Positions 35,939 to 45,364 of a stretch of DNA of 64,000 bases are shown here, piece by piece. Both the position numbers and the translations under genes were made by a program. Every line of letters begins with the position of its first letter. Within the stretch, counting starts at the first letter, position 1. This stretch comes from Escherichia phage vB_vPM_PD06. The stretch lies in sequence record NC_052653.1. The stretch is one strand, 5' to 3'. The notes below the pieces were generated by a model, which had not been told where the DNA came from, searched no databases, and saw nothing but the letters and a program-made list of their open reading frames with translations.

Positions 35939-36924
35939 AATACTTAGTAACAGGTGGTTTAGGCTTTATTGGAAGTGCGGTAGTTCGTTTCCTAGCTAAA
36001 AATACTAAGAATGATATTTACGTTATAGATAAATGGGGTTACGCTTCAGACCCTAGAAATTTATCAGAAACACCTAATGTAAAGTTTTGTCGTGTTGACT
36101 TGACAAATGCTCAGTTAACTGCTAAGATTGTGGCAGATGTTAACCCAGATTATATAATGCATCTTGCAGCAGAAAGTCACGTAGATAATTCAATAGCATC
36201 ACCGAGTGTTTTTATAAATTCAAATATTGTTGGAACATTTAATCTTCTAGAAGCTGTTCGTTTAATGGGAGATAAATCAAATCTTAAAATGTTTCATCAT
36301 ATTTCAACAGATGAAGTGTATGGTGATATGGAAGAAGGGGATTATCCGTTTACAGAACAGAATCCTTATAAACCAAGTAGTCCATATGCTGCATCTAAAG
36401 CTGCAAGCGATCATTTGGTAAGAGCGTGGCATCGTACTTATGGTATTCCGACAGTTATAACAAATTGTTCAAATAATTTTGGAGCGTATCATCATCCAGA
36501 AAAACTAATACCTAAAACGATAACAAATATCTTGATGCATAAACCAATCCCTGTTTATGGCAATGGTCTTCAAGTAAGAGACTGGCTATACGTTGACGAT
36601 CACGCAGAAGCATTACACCTAGTAGTAACTAAAGGCAAATCTGGAGAAACATATAATATTGGGAGCAGAAACCCTAGAACTAATATTGATGTAATCTATA
36701 TGATTTGTGATTATATGGATGCGGTATATCCATCTGAAACAGATGCTTGTAGCCTCATTGAGATGGTTACAGATAGGCCTGGGCATGATCTAAGATATGA
36801 AGTGAATCCTTATAAGATTGAAAAGGAATTAGGGTGGAAAGCTAAAGGCACATTTGAAGAAAAACTTTATTCAACCATTGATTGGTATGTAGATAACAAA
36901 GAGTGGTGGGAAAATAAAGTTTAA
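35935..36924 (+). CDS. rmlB: dTDP-glucose 4,6-dehydratase
   Basis: N-terminal TGGLGFIGS Rossmann motif, catalytic YAASK, STDEVYG. Confidence 0.85.
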   Translation: MKYLVTGGLGFIGSAVVRFLAKNTKNDIYVIDKWGYASDPRNLSETPNVKFCRVDLTNAQLTAKIVADVNPDYIMHLAAESHVDNSIASPSVFINSNIVGTFNLLEAVRLMGDKSNLKMFHHISTDEVYGDMEEGDYPFTEQNPYKPSSPYAASKAASDHLVRAWHRTYGIPTVITNCSNNFGAYHHPEKLIPKTITNILMHKPIPVYGNGLQVRDWLYVDDHAEALHLVVTKGKSGETYNIGSRNPRTNIDVIYMICDYMDAVYPSETDACSLIEMVTDRPGHDLRYEVNPYKIEKELGWKAKGTFEEKLYSTIDWYVDNKEWWENKV

Positions 36925-36932
36925 GGAGGAGT

Positions 36933-37802
36933 ATGAAAGGTATTATCTTAGCAGGTGGTAGTGGAACAAGACTTTACCCAGTTACTAAAGGGGTTAGTAA
37001 ACAACTATTACCAATTTATGATAAGCCTATGATTTATTATCCACTCTCTGTCCTAATGCTTTCTGGAATTAGGGAAATACTAATAATTACAACACCAGAA
37101 GATCAAATTAATTTTGTAAATCTTCTAGGTGATGGTTCTTCTTTTGGTATTTCCCTACAGTATGCAATACAGGATAGTCCAAGAGGTTTAGCAGAAGCGT
37201 TTATTATTGGTGAGAACTTTATTGGTGAAGATTCTGTAGCACTTGTGCTAGGTGATAATTTATTCTTTGGTCAGAGTTTTGGTAGCATTTTAGATTCTGC
37301 TAAAGAACATATTGAAAAGAATGGTGGAGCTAATATTTTTGGGTATCACGTAAATGATCCTGAAAGATTTGGTGTTGTTGAGTTTGATTCTGAAGGTACA
37401 GTGGTAAGTATTGAAGAAAAACCAAAAGCACCAAAAAGCAACTATGCAATTACAGGCTTGTACTTTTACGATAATTCTGTTATACAGAAAGCTAAAAGCG
37501 TTAAGCCTTCTGCTAGAGGGGAGTTAGAGATTACAGATATAAATGAGATGTACTGGAAAGAAAAGGCTTTACGTGTCTGTAAGCTAGGAAGAGGTTTCAC
37601 TTGGCTGGATACAGGAACACATGAAAGTCTTATGGAAGCATCTCAATTTGTTCATGCAATAGAAAAGCAACAAGGTATGAAGGTTGCATGCCTAGAAGAG
37701 ATTGCTTTTAAAAATGAATGGATTACTTTAGATTCTGTAAAAAGTTCTGGAGAGGTTTTAAGTAAAACAGACTACGGCAAGTATTTACTTAAATTAAAAT
37801 AA
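36933..37802 (+). CDS. rmlA: Glucose-1-phosphate thymidylyltransferase
   Basis: N-terminal [16 protein letters not shown] and [18 protein letters not shown]. Confidence 0.9.
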   Translation: MKGIILAGGSGTRLYPVTKGVSKQLLPIYDKPMIYYPLSVLMLSGIREILIITTPEDQINFVNLLGDGSSFGISLQYAIQDSPRGLAEAFIIGENFIGEDSVALVLGDNLFFGQSFGSILDSAKEHIEKNGGANIFGYHVNDPERFGVVEFDSEGTVVSIEEKPKAPKSNYAITGLYFYDNSVIQKAKSVKPSARGELEITDINEMYWKEKALRVCKLGRGFTWLDTGTHESLMEASQFVHAIEKQQGMKVACLEEIAFKNEWITLDSVKSSGEVLSKTDYGKYLLKLK

Positions 37803-37814
37803 GGGGGAGATTAA

Positions 37815-38369
37815 ATGATTCAAGCAACAAAAATCGAAGATTTGTTGATCATTCAACCTGACGTTTACGGGGATGAACGTGGTTTTTTCTTAGAAAGTTT
37901 TAATCAGGCTTTATATGATCAATACATAGGTAAACAAAACTTTGTCCAAGATAACCATTCACGTTCTATTCGAGGAGTTCTACGTGGGCTTCATTTTCAA
38001 AAGAAAAACCCACAAGGGAAGTTAGTACGTTGTGTTCGTGGTGAAGTTTATGATGTTGCTGTAGATATTAGGGTTGGTAGTCCAACATTTGGAGAATGGG
38101 TAGGTGTTCTTTTATCTGAAAAGAATAAAACACAATTTTGGATTCCTCCTGGTTTCGCTCATGGCTTTGTTGTGATTAGCGACATTGCTGATTTTGAATA
38201 TAAATGTACAGAATATTACGATCCGACTTCAGAGTGTAGTCTTGCGTGGAATGATCCAGATATCAATATAGATTGGGGTTTTGATTTAATCTTTAATGAT
38301 ATTAATTTTAAACCTATCTTGTCACAAAAAGATCAGGAAGCCAAAACACTAAAGGAGATCATATTTTGA
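37815..38369 (+). CDS. rmlC: dTDP-4-dehydrorhamnose 3,5-epimerase
   Basis: DERGFFLESF, RGLHFQ, WIPPGFAHGF cupin motifs; 184 aa. Confidence 0.85.
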   Translation: MIQATKIEDLLIIQPDVYGDERGFFLESFNQALYDQYIGKQNFVQDNHSRSIRGVLRGLHFQKKNPQGKLVRCVRGEVYDVAVDIRVGSPTFGEWVGVLLSEKNKTQFWIPPGFAHGFVVISDIADFEYKCTEYYDPTSECSLAWNDPDINIDWGFDLIFNDINFKPILSQKDQEAKTLKEIIF

Positions 38370-39196
38370 CAAAATTTTTAATCTTTGGTTCAAAAGGTCA
38401 ATTAGGACAATCTTTGGCAAAAGTTGCACCAGAAGATGTTATTTTGATTGAAGCAAGTGATATAGACATTACCAACTTTAAAGATGTTATGAATAGTCTT
38501 GTACAGCACGTGCCTGATGTTGTTGTGAATTGTGCGGCTTACACGGCAGTAGATAAAGCTGAAGAAGATGTTAACACCTGTATAAATGTTAATGCATACG
38601 GTGCAACAAACATTGCCAAAGCATGTAATGATTTACTGATACAGTTTGTACATATTTCAACAGACTATGTTTTTGATGGACATGTTGCTGGCACAGAAGA
38701 GAGTAAAACAAACCCCTTGAACACCTACGGTTACAGTAAACAATTAGGTGAAACTTTAGTACAAGCAGTTTGTCCTACAGCACTTATTATCAGAACAGCT
38801 TCTGTTTATAGTGAATTTGGACATAACTTTTTGAAAACTATGTTGGAACGCTACAACGGTGGTCAAAAAGAATTTAATGTAGTATGTGATCATTTATCAT
38901 GTCCTACTTATGCACCTGATCTTGCAGAAACAATTTTTAAACTTGTAAAAGATGGTGTAAATAGTAAAATTGTACACTATGCAGGTGCAGATTATATTTC
39001 TTGGTATGATTTTGCACGTAAGATATTTCTTGTTATAGATTTGTCTGTTACAGTTAATCCTGTATCTGCTTCAACCTATAATTCTAAAGCAGTCAGACCA
39101 GCAACATCTTATTTAAAAACAGATCCTACTTTAAATCCGCGAAGTGTTGATAGCGGTATTGTAAGAACTTTAACTATACTTTTAAACAAGGAGTGA
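38366..39196 (+). CDS. rmlD: dTDP-4-dehydrorhamnose reductase
   Basis: N-terminal LIFGSKGQLGQ, NCAAYTAVDKAE, STDYVFDG; TTG start overlapping rmlC stop. Confidence 0.8.
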   Translation: MTKFLIFGSKGQLGQSLAKVAPEDVILIEASDIDITNFKDVMNSLVQHVPDVVVNCAAYTAVDKAEEDVNTCINVNAYGATNIAKACNDLLIQFVHISTDYVFDGHVAGTEESKTNPLNTYGYSKQLGETLVQAVCPTALIIRTASVYSEFGHNFLKTMLERYNGGQKEFNVVCDHLSCPTYAPDLAETIFKLVKDGVNSKIVHYAGADYISWYDFARKIFLVIDLSVTVNPVSASTYNSKAVRPATSYLKTDPTLNPRSVDSGIVRTLTILLNKE

Positions 39197-39198
39197 AA

Positions 39199-39459
39199 AT
39201 GAATTTTATTATCTACGGTAAACCAAATTGTCCTTTCTGCACTAACGCTAAGACTCTACTGGAACAGCGTGAACAGGATTTTAAATATCTTACCTTAGAT
39301 GAAGACTATTCTTTAGATCAGATTCAGAATCTGGTTTTAGAGAAAACAGGTGTTCTGCCACGTACCTTTCCTCAAATTTTTGTGGAAGATGGTGAACATC
39401 TAACCCACGTAGGAGGTTTTTCTGAACTACGTGAATTCATGGCTCAGATTGCGGAGTAA
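39199..39459 (+). CDS. Glutaredoxin-like protein (NrdH/Grx-type)
   Basis: CPFC active site in MNFIIYGKPNCPFCTNAK; AAGGAG 5 nt upstream. Confidence 0.75.
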   Translation: MNFIIYGKPNCPFCTNAKTLLEQREQDFKYLTLDEDYSLDQIQNLVLEKTGVLPRTFPQIFVEDGEHLTHVGGFSELREFMAQIAE

Positions 39460-39473
39460 CAATATGAAAGGTA

Positions 39474-39608
39474 AACAGAAACGTAAGATCTTTTCTCGTG
39501 CTTTGGCAACAGAGCTTAAGTCCCAAACTAAAAAGACGAAGCCTAAACGTGAAATGTCTCCTGAACACCTACTGTTTCAAGAGCTAGATCATGGGGAGGG
39601 CGACTAAT
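39474..39608 (+). CDS. Small basic protein
   Basis: 45-aa Lys/Arg-rich ORF; weak RBS. Confidence 0.3.
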
Positions 39609-39619
39609 ATAAGGAAAAC

Positions 39620-40120
39620 ATGGCTAAAGTAGTTGATGTGTTTGATATGTTACGTTTTGATGAAGGACTAAAGCTAACTGTATATACTGATACCGAAGGG
39701 TATTGGACAGTTGGTATTGGACACCTTCTGACAAAACTCAAAGATAAAGCAGAAGCTATACGCATTCTTGATAACTTAGTAGGTAGAAAAACCAATGGGG
39801 TTATTACTGAAGCGGAAGCTAGAAGAATCTTTGAGAGTGACGTAAAGAAAGCGATACAACAAATCCATTCAAGCACCATATTATCTCCTATTTACGATAA
39901 AGTAAGCCCTAATCGTAAAATGGCTATTATTAATATGGTATTTCAAATGGGATTGAAAGGTGCAGAATCTTTCAAAAATAGCTTAACTTTAGTGAGTAAT
40001 TCATATTATACTCAAGCCTCTATAAATTTACGTAAAAGTAAATGGTATCGCCAAACGCCTAATCGCGCAGAGCGTGTAATTCAGGTGCTTAAAACTGGAA
40101 CATTAGACGCTTATAACTAA
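39620..40120 (+). CDS. Endolysin, T4 lysozyme (e)-type
   Basis: MLRFDEGLKLTVYTDTEGYWTVGIGHLLT matches T4 lysozyme catalytic Glu/Asp/Thr region; C-terminal SKWYRQTPNRAERVI. Confidence 0.9.
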   Translation: MAKVVDVFDMLRFDEGLKLTVYTDTEGYWTVGIGHLLTKLKDKAEAIRILDNLVGRKTNGVITEAEARRIFESDVKKAIQQIHSSTILSPIYDKVSPNRKMAIINMVFQMGLKGAESFKNSLTLVSNSYYTQASINLRKSKWYRQTPNRAERVIQVLKTGTLDAYN

Positions 40121-40122
40121 AC

Positions 40123-40146
40123 AAAGGGGCGAAAGCCCCTTTTATA
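40123..40146 (+). terminator. Rho-independent terminator
   Basis: AAAGGGGC-GAAA-GCCCCTTT followed by TA-rich U tract. Confidence 0.7.
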
Positions 40147-40158
40147 AGGAGTGCAAAC

Positions 40159-40911
40159 ATGGGAAATAAAACCGCAAAGGCTCGTCGTCAATCAGCAGCC
40201 AATGATGACAAACGTGCCAGTCGTTATGCGGCTAAAGCAGTAGGAAATGATGATTACCGTCTTGATGAATTTACCCCTGTTGGGAATCAAGAAGCTATTG
40301 TAAGAAGCATGGTTTGGAATGATTTAACCATTGTTAATGCCCCAGCAGGAACAGGAAAAACGACAACAGCACTATGGAAAGCATTGCAAATGCTTAAAGC
40401 TGGTGACTTCAGAAAGTTGATTTTCCTTAAAAACCCGACAGAAGTAGGTGATGACCAAATTGGTTTCTTATCTGGAGATAAGACTGATAAACTAGCAGCA
40501 CACTACGAGTCAACTAAAAGAATTTTCCAACAGTTTATGACTGCAAATAAATTGGAAAACGATATTGCAAGTGGCAAAATTGAACTTAATATTCCGAACT
40601 ATGCACTAGGTGCTACGTGGGATAACAGCATTATTCTTATTGATGAAGTTCAACTTATGTCACCAAACACAGTAAAACTTCTCCTTGAGCGAGCAGGTCT
40701 TAATACACGTATTGTCATTATGGGCGATGTTAATCAAACATATGCAATTAAACGAAGAGCTAACGGGTTAGGTGATTTGTTAGATCGTGTTGTTCCTATT
40801 AACGAAGAAGGAGAAAGGGAAGCTATTGTAGATTTTATTGGTTATGTTGAAATGACAACTGCTGATAACCAACGTTCCCGTTTGTCTCAGTTCATCACGG
40901 AAGTATATTAA
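40159..40911 (+). CDS. phoH: PhoH-like ATPase
   Basis: Walker A NAPAGTGKTTTAL; 250 aa. Confidence 0.85.
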   Translation: MGNKTAKARRQSAANDDKRASRYAAKAVGNDDYRLDEFTPVGNQEAIVRSMVWNDLTIVNAPAGTGKTTTALWKALQMLKAGDFRKLIFLKNPTEVGDDQIGFLSGDKTDKLAAHYESTKRIFQQFMTANKLENDIASGKIELNIPNYALGATWDNSIILIDEVQLMSPNTVKLLLERAGLNTRIVIMGDVNQTYAIKRRANGLGDLLDRVVPINEEGEREAIVDFIGYVEMTTADNQRSRLSQFITEVY

Positions 40912-40947
40912 TAATTACAAGGCAAGGATGCCTATTATGGAGGTTAA

Positions 40948-41442
40948 ATGACGCTAATTGAGATTGATCGCAATGGTATTGATGAATGCTATCAAGCTGG
41001 CTTAGTTAAGCCGAATGAGTTTAGACAGATTTATATTGACAAGATTGAAAAAGAAATATCTCTTCGTTTAGAGAACATGACAACTTTGCAAAAAGTTCAG
41101 ATGTTTTTTAGTTGGTTAAAAGGAGAGGATTGGCTAACTAAATATTACCAGGAATTATCTGATAGTCAAGAAGGCTTGTTTGAGTGTATAATAAATGTAG
41201 CTGGGTCTAATTCAGAATTACTCCTGATTGATGAAGAAGATTCTAAACTTCTTTTTCTTAGCAGTATCTTTCACAAGAAATCTATGTTAGTAAGAAATTG
41301 CAGTGATTTACTAAATCATCCACTAACAAGAACCAATAAAATTCTTGTGGATAAAGAAACACTAAGAGCTATTGATTACCTACGTAAGTATGTAAGCGGT
41401 GGTAAAGCAGTCCTTAAAACACTACAGGAGGAAGTACAATGA
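40948..41442 (+). CDS. Hypothetical protein, translationally coupled to HslV-like gene
   Basis: 164-aa ORF; stop overlaps downstream start (ATGA). Confidence 0.5.
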   Translation: MTLIEIDRNGIDECYQAGLVKPNEFRQIYIDKIEKEISLRLENMTTLQKVQMFFSWLKGEDWLTKYYQELSDSQEGLFECIINVAGSNSELLLIDEEDSKLLFLSSIFHKKSMLVRNCSDLLNHPLTRTNKILVDKETLRAIDYLRKYVSGGKAVLKTLQEEVQ

Positions 41443-42092
41443 CAACAATTATTGCAACACATAACAAAATTCTATCTGACGGTAAAGTAACAGTAGGTAA
41501 TCGAGTAGACACTTTAAATTTCAAGAAAGTGCGTAAAATTGGGGATTACCTTGTTGGTGGTGCAGGACGTCTGTCTTCTATCCTGACTTTCTTTTCTTGG
41601 TTTGAACAAAACTTACAGTGCCAGGCAGCACAAGAGACAATCCCAGGTTTGGTGATCCAATCAGACCCTGATAAAGAAGATGAAGAGTTTGTGGCATTGG
41701 TTGTTCACCCAGACGGTAAAATTTATATGCACGAGGGTAATAATCCAACGCGAGCATATCCTTTAACTGAAGATTACTATGCTGTTGGTAGTGGGGCAGA
41801 TTTTGCTTTAGCAGCTTTAGACGCTGGGGCAACCCCAGAAGAAGCGATGGAAGTTGCAAAACTACGAGATGCTTTTTCAGGCGGTGAAACTTTTGTTGAA
41901 GAGATCGAAGAACAACTGGAGCTAACAGCGGAAGATATTCTGAACTTCAGCAAGGAGCAACTAATTAGTATGCTGTTGACTGGTGATCCTGATAGTGATG
42001 AAGCTGAAAGTATTTTAGCAGAAATGAAAGAATCACAAGAAAAAGTATTGACAGTCTCTGAAAAACTTGATAAAGTATCCTCTGATAATTAA
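41439..42092 (+). CDS. HslV / proteasome beta-subunit-like Ntn peptidase
   Basis: N-terminus MTTIIATHN with Thr at position 2; GGAGRLS; GSGADFALAALDAG matches HslV GSG motif; acidic C-terminal extension. Confidence 0.65.
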   Translation: MTTIIATHNKILSDGKVTVGNRVDTLNFKKVRKIGDYLVGGAGRLSSILTFFSWFEQNLQCQAAQETIPGLVIQSDPDKEDEEFVALVVHPDGKIYMHEGNNPTRAYPLTEDYYAVGSGADFALAALDAGATPEEAMEVAKLRDAFSGGETFVEEIEEQLELTAEDILNFSKEQLISMLLTGDPDSDEAESILAEMKESQEKVLTVSEKLDKVSSDN

Positions 42093-42102
42093 TCTAACAT
42101 AA

Positions 42103-42123
42103 ACCCCCTCACGGGGGTTATTA
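42103..42123 (+). terminator. Rho-independent terminator (weak U-tract)
   Basis: AACCCCC-TCAC-GGGGGTT hairpin. Confidence 0.5.
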
Positions 42124-42132
42124 GGAGGAGAT

Positions 42133-42564
42133 ATGTTACCAGTACCTGTAATCTTTGTAGAAAAAGCCTACTACTACTCTTTAGAACAAAACTGTAAAAG
42201 GGCTAAAAATTTTATTGAAAGTTTAGCAGAACAGCGTTACACTGTATCTAAAAAGGGATGGTTCAGAACTTCAAAATATCTAGTCAACCCTTTCGGAGAA
42301 GTTCGTGTGTTGTACGGCAACACAGAAAATATCTTAGAAAGAATGTTAGAACTAGATAGGATCTCCTCCTGTGATTATCAACTGTTGAAATTTTACGATG
42401 TGTCAGAAAGCGTTAAAAACTTTCTTGACGACTTATGTAAACGAAAAACAGAAGAAGATACAATACCAGTATCTATGGAAGAATTAACGTTCTTAAGAGA
42501 TATTATGGTTTTTGAAGAAAACCCTGAAATCACAAAAGAGGAGATTTTAAGTAGTGGCAAATAA
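42133..42564 (+). CDS. Hypothetical protein
   Basis: 143-aa ORF. Confidence 0.5.
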   Translation: MLPVPVIFVEKAYYYSLEQNCKRAKNFIESLAEQRYTVSKKGWFRTSKYLVNPFGEVRVLYGNTENILERMLELDRISSCDYQLLKFYDVSESVKNFLDDLCKRKTEEDTIPVSMEELTFLRDIMVFEENPEITKEEILSSGK

Positions 42565-43063
42565 GTATGATCGTCCACCAACTGATTACTATCCTACTCC
42601 ACAAAAATGTATAAATGCATTATTTAGTGTAATAGATTTTAATAACCTTAAAGAAGAAGGTTTTATTTTTGCAGAACCGTGTAAAGGCGCTGCTGCTGCA
42701 ATTTATCAACACTTTCCAGAAGGATCAGAATATTGTGAGTTAGAAGAAGGGAAGGATTATTTTAACCACGAATGGCATACTAAGCCGGATATTATAATCA
42801 CAAATCCACCATTCAGACTTGCACTTGAGTTCTTGCAAAAGAGCTTAAAAGAAGCAGACGTTTGCATATACTTGTTGCGTCTTGGGTTCCTAGAGTCTAT
42901 TAAACGAAGGGAATTCCATAAACAGAATCCACCAACAAATTTGATTGTTCTTTCTGAACGACCATCTTTTGTTGCAGGTGGTACTGATAAGACAGCATAT
43001 GCTTGGTACGTCTACGACCCAAAAAACAGGCTGGGTTTAACTCAACCTTTCTATTTTGTTTAA
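42554..43063 (+). CDS. Minimal N6-adenine methyltransferase-like protein
   Basis: Motif order YYPTP, FAEPCKGAAAA, IIITNPPF; only 169 aa so no target-recognition domain. Confidence 0.45.
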   Translation: MANKYDRPPTDYYPTPQKCINALFSVIDFNNLKEEGFIFAEPCKGAAAAIYQHFPEGSEYCELEEGKDYFNHEWHTKPDIIITNPPFRLALEFLQKSLKEADVCIYLLRLGFLESIKRREFHKQNPPTNLIVLSERPSFVAGGTDKTAYAWYVYDPKNRLGLTQPFYFV

Positions 43064-43076
43064 GAGGAGCATTTTT

Positions 43077-43307
43077 ATGACCGAGAAATTTATTGTTACT
43101 ATGGAACTCACCTTTGATGAAGAAGATTTTGATCTTCACGTATCAACTAAAGCAGATAACATTCACACGACACAGAGTGTTGCAATCGCTATGTTCTTTA
43201 AGCAAGCAATTGCAAAACAAGCTGAAGTGTGTGCTGGTTTAGCTGTAGAGTACGCAGAAGTTGTCAAGGTTCTTGAAAGTGCTCGCAACAACGATTGGGA
43301 TGAATAA
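43077..43307 (+). CDS. Hypothetical protein
   Basis: ATG at 43077 with GAGGAG upstream. Confidence 0.4.
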   Translation: MTEKFIVTMELTFDEEDFDLHVSTKADNIHTTQSVAIAMFFKQAIAKQAEVCAGLAVEYAEVVKVLESARNNDWDE

Positions 43308-43510
43308 TGGCATACAATTACTATCTGGTATATTTTAACGAAACTAAGAAAAAAGACACAGGAACTAATGTTTATGCGGAATCCGAAGAACACGCAAAAG
43401 CTATTGGTTCAGTGCTTCTTTCTAGAATAGCAGGTGAAGAAATTCCTGTAGAGGCTATCTTTGCAGAAGTTGACCCTGGTATTCAAGAAGATGATATTAC
43501 CACTACTTAA
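43307..43510 (+). CDS. Hypothetical protein
   Basis: 67-aa ORF. Confidence 0.4.
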   Translation: MAYNYYLVYFNETKKKDTGTNVYAESEEHAKAIGSVLLSRIAGEEIPVEAIFAEVDPGIQEDDITTT

Positions 43511-43567
43511 CTGTTGACTTTAACATTAAGGTAGTGCATACTTCCTGCAACAGAACAGGAGGGTATT

Positions 43568-44230
43568 ATGAAGTTTGTACTGTATCATCGACTTTCTAAG
43601 AAGAAACAACAAGGCAACCAGTATGGTATAGAATCACAGGAAGCAGATATCCAACGCTTCCTGGATTCACAAGAAAACTATACTATTGTAGGTAGCTTTG
43701 CAGAGTTTTATTCTGGTAAAGGCGATTGGAAGCAACGTAGAGAGCTTGTAAAAGCTGTTAATCTTTGCAAAGAAACAGGTGCTACACTTGTTGTTGCTAA
43801 GGTTGACCGTCTTGGACGTAACACAGCTTCTGTTGCAACCTTGTTAGAGATGATTAATGTACGGATAGCAACTATGCCCTCCGCTGAAAATATGATAATA
43901 AATATTTTAGCAGTTCTGGCAGAAGAAGAGGCTCGTGCAATATCTGATCGTGTTAAGAAGAGCCTTAAGGTAGCAAAAGCGAAGGGAACGCTTCTTGGTG
44001 CAGCAAACCCTAAATACAAAAGAACAGATTATACGAAAACGGAAGAAGCAAAACGCTCAAAAGAGTTTGCGCTTTCTTTAAAAGATTCTTTAGTTGCATA
44101 CAGAGCTTGTAAAACGCCATATATGACGATTGCAAAGCATCTGAATGAATCAGGAAAGAGAACTATTCGTGGGAGTTTGTTCGATGCCAAAGCGGTACAA
44201 CGTCTTTGTGCAAAATTGAATATTAAATAA
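43568..44230 (+). CDS. Serine recombinase (resolvase/invertase family)
   Basis: Catalytic region YHRLSKKKQQGNQYGIESQ, LVVAKVDRLGRN, C-terminal HTH-like tail; 220 aa. Confidence 0.75.
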   Translation: MKFVLYHRLSKKKQQGNQYGIESQEADIQRFLDSQENYTIVGSFAEFYSGKGDWKQRRELVKAVNLCKETGATLVVAKVDRLGRNTASVATLLEMINVRIATMPSAENMIINILAVLAEEEARAISDRVKKSLKVAKAKGTLLGAANPKYKRTDYTKTEEAKRSKEFALSLKDSLVAYRACKTPYMTIAKHLNESGKRTIRGSLFDAKAVQRLCAKLNIK

Positions 44231-44239
44231 GGAGGAAAC

Positions 44240-44443
44240 ATGGCAGTTCAATCTTTTGAGGAGACTGTTAAAAAACAATTCCTATCGAAGCGAGCGATGG
44301 TTGAATTTTTGCATTTTCTCGAAGTAGATAGGGTACTTATTGAGACTACACCAGATGGTAACTGGCAAGTCTCGTATATTGCCACCAGGCATATCGTAGA
44401 CAGTACGAAAGAAGAAAGTTCGGAAGTTACGGTTGCTAGTTAA
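44240..44443 (+). CDS. Hypothetical protein
   Basis: 67-aa ORF with GGAGGA upstream. Confidence 0.4.
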   Translation: MAVQSFEETVKKQFLSKRAMVEFLHFLEVDRVLIETTPDGNWQVSYIATRHIVDSTKEESSEVTVAS

Positions 44444-44454
44444 AGGAGTTAAAT

Positions 44455-45027
44455 ATGCGTTTAGCTTTTAACGGGAAGATAAGCACAGCAAACATATTGT
44501 CAGCAGTAGGATTATTAGGTAAAAAATTTACACCTTTCAGTTTACCAGTTTGTGTAGATTTTGATCATGTGTTCGATATTAATAATCCTTCACGTTGTAT
44601 CGCCAGAAGTAATATTGATAACCCAAGTGAAAATCTGTTTTATATTACTAAACCATCCCAGGCAATTTTGAATCAATGGGAAGCAGGTCTGATTAAACCA
44701 GGTAAATATTTTGCATTACTACCTTGTAAATCATTGGCTATAGAGGACAGTCTAAACTATGCAAACAATCTTGTTGTTACAGCATTCATTGTCTCAGAAA
44801 AAGAAGAAACTGCGGCACTTGCAAATACTGTTAAATCTTTGTATGATGCTTTGGGTGTTACTTACACTACATTCGTTTGTGAAGATATTCCACATTGCGT
44901 TGAATTTGTAGTAAATGGTGTAACTGTATGTCGTGTAGAAACAACGCAAGATGAGGACGTTTTTATTACTGTAGCCGATGTAATATCTGAACCTGTGTTT
45001 AGTTACGCAGTTTCATTAACACATTAA
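44455..45027 (+). CDS. Hypothetical protein
   Basis: 190-aa ORF. Confidence 0.5.
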   Translation: MRLAFNGKISTANILSAVGLLGKKFTPFSLPVCVDFDHVFDINNPSRCIARSNIDNPSENLFYITKPSQAILNQWEAGLIKPGKYFALLPCKSLAIEDSLNYANNLVVTAFIVSEKEETAALANTVKSLYDALGVTYTTFVCEDIPHCVEFVVNGVTVCRVETTQDEDVFITVADVISEPVFSYAVSLTH

Positions 45028-45037
45028 GGAGAAGGGG

Positions 45038-45364
45038 ATGAAAATAACGACAGAACAGGCTTTAATAGACAAAGGAAGGGAAATCTTAGAAAGTCATTTG
45101 GAGGATATTCAAAGGACTCCAGGGTATCTCGGCTGGCGTATACAAGAAGCCGTCGATTTTCTACCCCGCAAAAATAAAGAGATTGAGGTAAGATCTCTAT
45201 TCCTCCTTGTTAAAGTAGATGGTGACGCTATATATAAAGATGTAGCGTCTCACATTGAACAAATAGAAGAAAAAGCCTACAAAGAATTTGCAGATCTTGT
45301 TGTAGAACATAATATAGAAGGTAAAGTTAATATCTTTATACTTATGGATTTTGAGGAGATTTGA
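45038..45364 (+). CDS. Hypothetical protein
   Basis: 108-aa ORF. Confidence 0.45.
   Translation: MKITTEQALIDKGREILESHLEDIQRTPGYLGWRIQEAVDFLPRKNKEIEVRSLFLLVKVDGDAIYKDVASHIEQIEEKAYKEFADLVVEHNIEGKVNIFILMDFEEI

Noticed and set aside
43568-44230. Serine recombinase as evidence of a temperate lifestyle
   Set aside because: The protein is resolvase-sized with no large serine-integrase C-terminal domain; no repressor, attachment site or flanking host genes seen. Treated as a resolvase/invertase in a virulent-type genome.
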